In this document: in pieces, positions 59,879 through 64,000 of the stretch
Position numbering within the stretch: the first letter of the stretch is position 1
How the letters are laid out: every line of letters begins with the position of its first letter
Origin: Calditrichia bacterium
GTDB taxonomy: Bacteria; Calditrichota; Calditrichia; RBG-13-44-9; J075
Direction of reading: 5' to 3'
Assembly: GCA_050633245.1 (NCBI GenBank)
Contig: JBOEGD010000012.1
Span: forward strand, 32,001-96,000
Length of the DNA stretch: 64,000 bases
Made by a program: the position numbers and the translations under genes
Notes under the pieces: generated by a model
Seen by the model: the letters and a program-made list of their open reading frames with translations, nothing else
Told to the model about the DNA's origin: nothing
The model's database searches: none

Positions 59879-60525
59879 CACCGTTTCATCCAAAATTCAG
59901 ACAGTTGTTATTGGCAGATAAAGATCATCAAAAAGCTGGATTAACCCCAAGCCTGCTGCACGAGTTCGAATGCCTTGGCGTTAAGCTCTCCTATATTCTG
60001 AACTACCCGCCAAACAATGCGCAGATCGAAGTTTACCTGTTAACCAATGATGGCTACAACAACATCAGTTATGTGCTACAGGGGAATAACGATTGGGGCA
60101 TCTTAAGTGACGTTCTTGGTGGAGTTATCGATCAGCCATTCCGCGGAGCACTCAGCTATCTTTCGCATATTGAAACACAGCTGCTCCAGTGGAATGATAT
60201 TGAGGGGGCACGCATATTCAAAGACCATCGCGCTCTCATCCTGCAGGAAACGAGTGTGAGTAGCCACCCAGTTGCCCTCGGAGATGGCCCGACACTGGAA
60301 GAGCTCCGAAGCGAGATTACATTTTTTCGCAACAACTTTCTGGTAAACTACGATACAGTGCATCAGCACTGGGTAGGCATACAGAAACGATCCGCAAACA
60401 AGCGTTATCTAAGCACGTCTACCGGCCTAAATCTATTTGGATTTTTCATTTCGCTATTTTTAACATTCTTTCCAAGACGAGAGCAAGAAATCAGAGTTCA
60501 GTACCCTTCAGGTGAGGCAAAATAA
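59875..60525 (+). CDS. Hypothetical protein with C-terminal TM helix
   Basis: GAGGAG RBS; ATGA overlap with the upstream stop; C-terminal LFGFFISLFLTFF. Confidence 0.65.
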   Translation: MTPFHPKFRQLLLADKDHQKAGLTPSLLHEFECLGVKLSYILNYPPNNAQIEVYLLTNDGYNNISYVLQGNNDWGILSDVLGGVIDQPFRGALSYLSHIETQLLQWNDIEGARIFKDHRALILQETSVSSHPVALGDGPTLEELRSEITFFRNNFLVNYDTVHQHWVGIQKRSANKRYLSTSTGLNLFGFFISLFLTFFPRREQEIRVQYPSGEAK

Positions 60526-63451
60526 ATTGCAGCGCGATCTCCTACATTGTCTGCTGGTATTGCTGCTCGGTTTGATGCTGACATCTTGCGAGCAACAAAC
60601 TGCCGCCGAGGCGATAAAGCTTGAACCACTATCCCCGGAGGAAGAATACCGTTCCCTGTTATCGGCGTCGGACGCTACCTTTGAGCGTGCAGAAAAAGTA
60701 GTTACGGAAAATCCACTGTATTTCAGACAGCGCGTTTATTATCAGCTTCTCGACAAAGCGCTTTCCATGAAAATAACTGGGGATGATAGTCTCGCAGAGG
60801 CAACATTTTCTGAGGCCAGGCAGATGGCGCAAATCTTCCAAAGCAAGCTGGATGATTCGTTTCTAATGGTACAGCACCGCTTTTCGACAACACTCAGCAA
60901 CAAAGATATTCATAAAAAGCTACAGGTCGATTCATTATATAAGCTGGGCAACGACTCGCTTCGCAAGAAGAACTATGCGGCGGCAGATAAATTCTTTGAG
61001 AATTCGATTCGCATCGCTAAAGAGATTGGCGACCAGCGTCGGGTTGTAGATAATCACTTGCGTCAGCAGTTTATGCTCGATCGTCAAAAACGGCTGCGAG
61101 AATCGATCTCGCGAGGAAAAGAAGCGCTGAAGCTCGCCAACACCATTGGGTATCACTATCGCGCAGCTTGGATATTGCACTACATGGCTCTTTCCAGTGA
61201 ACTGCTTGGCGAATATGCTGCAGCAGTCGACTACTCCAGCCGCGCCGCGAAAGCGGCTGGAATAACCAAAGACTATCGCTGCCTGTCCGATACTCAATGG
61301 CTTGAAGGCATAGCGCTGTATCGGTTGGGACGCTTTGCAGAGTCTGTTGAGACACTCAATCATGCACTCGAAGCCAGCATTCAACGAGAAAGCCTTTCTA
61401 TACAGGCCAAGATCCACAATTCACTGGCGAACTCGCATAAAAGCCTGGGCAATTATTCTAACGCCGAAGAAAACTACCTGGACTCCTGGAAACTATTCGA
61501 AAAGCTGGATCGTCAAAAAGACATTGCAATTACGCAGGCAAATCTTGCTGACCTCTATCGCGTAATGGGTGCGCAGGATGAAGCACTTAAAATGTTTAAG
61601 ATGGCCTATTTGTATTACGAAGCCAATGAGCGGCATTACGACCGTATCGCGATTGTGAAGCGCATGGGCGATACCTATCGTAATCAGGGCAATTTGAAAA
61701 TGGCCCGGACAAGTGGGCGCACTGCTCTGGACGAGATTCTTGTGCAGGAGAAAAGTGGCTCTGATGCCTACGCCCTGCTAAAACCGGAGGCTTACCTCAG
61801 CCTTGGCGATGTTGAACGTGATTTCGACAATACATCGGCAGCAATGCCCCTTTACCAGGAGGCATTGACCGCTTTTAAACTATTGGACAATCGGTTTGGG
61901 ATTCTGGAGGGTTATCTAAAAATAGGTGATTTGCATTTTCGCGACGGTAATAACTTCAAGGCAGAATCGTCATTAAAGAAGGCACGGGGAATTGCCGCCA
62001 GCATCCGGCACCCACGGGCACTGGCACTGGCCGATTTTTCTTTAGGCAAACTATGGACGCAGAAAAAGGAGTTCAGTAAGGCAGAAAAGGCTCTGGAAAA
62101 TGCGATTGTCGGCGTGGAGCAAACCCGCAGCAACATCGAAGATGAGAATCGCCTCAACGAGCTTCAAATTAGCTACTTCGCTACGATGCAGGACATATAT
62201 GATGAGATGGTTTATCTGCAGCTACTCATGGAACAGCCCAAAGAAGCATTCTACTATTCTGAGCAGGCGCGGGCACGCTCTCTGCGAGATCTCTTGCAAA
62301 GCGAAGGCGGTTCTGCGCCAATCGGCCTTGTGAAGCCTCAAGACCTATTAGCAGCAAACACGACCCTGTTAGAATACAAATTTGTAAAAGATGATCTTAT
62401 CTGTTTTGTGGTACAAGAGAACAATTTCGCCGCCGTAAAGCTGCCCCGGCAGCGTGAACAAACCGAAGCAGCAATTCGCGGTTTTTTGACCGCAATTGGT
62501 GCCAATCACTATCAGGATTTTCTCGAAAAAACCAAGCAAGATGGTGCAGGCTACTACAACTCAATGAACCTCTCGGCGAAACAGCTATGGCAGCTGCTGT
62601 TGAGTCCGCTTGGCAAGAAACCTTTGCAGGCAGAGCACCTGATCATCGTTCCCGATGGTCTACTTCACTACCTGCCCTTTGCGGCACTGGTAGACAGCAG
62701 TAATCAATTTCTGATAGAAAAACGCATTGTTTCCTATTTGCCCGCGGCTTCTTTATTGGACAGACAAATTGGCGCGCAACCCGCTGCAGACTGGCAGCTT
62801 CTGGCTGCTGCAACGCCGGAAATGGGATTACCATTTACCCGGCAGGAAGTTGAAGCGATCGCCGGATATTTCCAAAAGAGCACTCTACTCCACTCTATGA
62901 ATGAGCTTAGCGAAGAACAACTATTGAATCATTTCAACAAACAATTCGAGGTTATTCATCTCGCCTGTCACGCAGAAATAGATGAACGCACACCGCGCTA
63001 CTCAAGTATTTTCGTGGGCCCAACCAGCGGGATTGAAAAAACAAGCCTGCTGCGCGGCAGCGAGATTAGTGACAATCGCGACGACAACAATCTAATGGCT
63101 CATGAGCTTTATCGGCTAGACTTTAGCAATACCAAGCTCATCGGGCTCTCGGCATGCAAGAGCGCCACCGGTCGCTACGTCAGCGGCGAAGGAATGATTG
63201 GTTTTATTCATCCACTGATGTCGGCAGGCGCGGAGTCTGTCCTTGCGACGTTGTGGGAGATTAGCGATGAACATACGCCCAAACTCATGCAGCTTTTCTA
63301 CGAAAACTGGATAGAGAAAAAGATGGGACGCGCCGAAGCACTCGCAAGCGCACAACGGCAGATAATTCAGGCAACAAGAGAGAATTCAAATATAAATTAT
63401 GCGCACCCTCAACTTTGGGCAGCATTTACGCTGACCGGCGCACATAACTAG
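60512..63451 (+). CDS. TPR-CHAT (caspase-like cysteine protease) lipoprotein
   Basis: Lipobox LTSC; about 10 TPRs; EQARARSL, IVPDGLLHYLPFAAL, IHLACHA (His), LSACKS (Cys), TLWEISD, HPQLWAAF. Confidence 0.92.
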   Translation: MRQNKLQRDLLHCLLVLLLGLMLTSCEQQTAAEAIKLEPLSPEEEYRSLLSASDATFERAEKVVTENPLYFRQRVYYQLLDKALSMKITGDDSLAEATFSEARQMAQIFQSKLDDSFLMVQHRFSTTLSNKDIHKKLQVDSLYKLGNDSLRKKNYAAADKFFENSIRIAKEIGDQRRVVDNHLRQQFMLDRQKRLRESISRGKEALKLANTIGYHYRAAWILHYMALSSELLGEYAAAVDYSSRAAKAAGITKDYRCLSDTQWLEGIALYRLGRFAESVETLNHALEASIQRESLSIQAKIHNSLANSHKSLGNYSNAEENYLDSWKLFEKLDRQKDIAITQANLADLYRVMGAQDEALKMFKMAYLYYEANERHYDRIAIVKRMGDTYRNQGNLKMARTSGRTALDEILVQEKSGSDAYALLKPEAYLSLGDVERDFDNTSAAMPLYQEALTAFKLLDNRFGILEGYLKIGDLHFRDGNNFKAESSLKKARGIAASIRHPRALALADFSLGKLWTQKKEFSKAEKALENAIVGVEQTRSNIEDENRLNELQISYFATMQDIYDEMVYLQLLMEQPKEAFYYSEQARARSLRDLLQSEGGSAPIGLVKPQDLLAANTTLLEYKFVKDDLICFVVQENNFAAVKLPRQREQTEAAIRGFLTAIGANHYQDFLEKTKQDGAGYYNSMNLSAKQLWQLLLSPLGKKPLQAEHLIIVPDGLLHYLPFAALVDSSNQFLIEKRIVSYLPAASLLDRQIGAQPAADWQLLAAATPEMGLPFTRQEVEAIAGYFQKSTLLHSMNELSEEQLLNHFNKQFEVIHLACHAEIDERTPRYSSIFVGPTSGIEKTSLLRGSEISDNRDDNNLMAHELYRLDFSNTKLIGLSACKSATGRYVSGEGMIGFIHPLMSAGAESVLATLWEISDEHTPKLMQLFYENWIEKKMGRAEALASAQRQIIQATRENSNINYAHPQLWAAFTLTGAHN

Positions 63452-63492
63452 GGTGCAGAACAGCCCTTCAACAGCAACAGGAGGAACGAGCA

Positions 63493-63879
63493 ATGAATGA
63501 AGATCTTTTATTGCTGGCCGACACCACAACCAACCATGAAGGTGAAGAGCCACCGCCAACCGACATGTTTTATACACGTGCAGCTCTTCAGCGCTCCAGC
63601 GCTTTAGATGCCATGCGTCTTGGCGTCTCCATCGGCATTGCCTGGATGGTATTATTTTTACTTATTATTCCCGGTGCTCTCATGTCCGGAGGCAATGCCT
63701 CACTCTTGGTCGTGCAGGCATTTTACCCGGGATTTACGGCCGGAGCAAGCGGGATTCTATTTGGCCTGGCACTTAGCTTTGTATATGGCACCATCGGTGG
63801 GATTGCCATCGGTTCGCTATATAATTCGCTCGTCCAGCGTGAAGTTTTAGCTGGTGAGAATTACGAAACATATGGTTAG
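63493..63879 (+). CDS. Two-TM membrane protein
   Basis: AGGAGG RBS; TM-FYPGF-TM architecture similar to the N-terminus of 58094..59878. Confidence 0.7.
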   Translation: MNEDLLLLADTTTNHEGEEPPPTDMFYTRAALQRSSALDAMRLGVSIGIAWMVLFLLIIPGALMSGGNASLLVVQAFYPGFTAGASGILFGLALSFVYGTIGGIAIGSLYNSLVQREVLAGENYETYG

Positions 63880-63904
63880 TCAAATCAATTGATTGGAGTA
63901 AAAA

Positions 63905-64000
63905 ATGCCTCTAAATTATGATAGCGAATCAAAGCCAAAACGCGGTGGAAAAATCAAGCCGCCAGATGATCAGGAAGATCGGCCAACACGCCGCGGAAAT
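63905..64000 (+). CDS. Start of a further ORF (runs off the window)
   Basis: GGAG RBS, then ATG 63905 MPLNYDSESKPKRGGKIKPPDDQEDRPTRRGN, open to the window end. Confidence 0.5.
   Translation, partial: MPLNYDSESKPKRGGKIKPPDDQEDRPTRRGN

Noticed and set aside
1-64000. CRISPR array or cas genes (prompted by the CHAT + sigma pairing)
   Set aside because: No regularly spaced 25-40 bp repeats and no Cas motifs were seen in the window.

Overview
Bacterial chromosomal window, probably from an FCB-group organism such as Calditrichota or KSB1. This is inferred from several secreted proteins carrying the NYPNPFNPST-type C-terminal sorting domain and from selenocysteine use. 1-20.7 kb is metabolic: class-3 lipase, DPP-IV peptidase, a two-gene NAD-linked formate dehydrogenase (NuoEF fusion plus a selenocysteine FdhF/FdsA read through TGA 7630-7632 with a SECIS), two tandem secreted di-heme peroxidases, and an SSS / TonB receptor / inositol-dehydrogenase-like cluster. 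21-31.6 kb holds mixed accessory genes, a cupin pseudogene and a relic att site. About 31.6-48.2 kb is a 16.5 kb integrated element in the 3' end of tRNA-Glu(TTC). It carries a large serine recombinase whose C-terminus is encoded across the attachment site, an ImmR/ImmA/Cro-like switch, a primase-helicase with a candidate origin, a TPR-barrel / GT2 / YCF48 cargo operon and an unannotated small selenoprotein. A Pro-Arg-His-Glu tRNA cluster, a CYTH-RdgB fusion, an aminotransferase and an M1 peptidase follow. From 55.5 kb to the window end runs a co-oriented locus with an ECF-like sigma factor, two anti-sigma-like proteins, a membrane HExxH peptidase and an exported TPR-CHAT (caspase-like) protease, which looks like an uncharacterised proteolytic signalling system. 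No CRISPR array or rRNA was seen. All calls come from reading motifs by eye; no database search was run.
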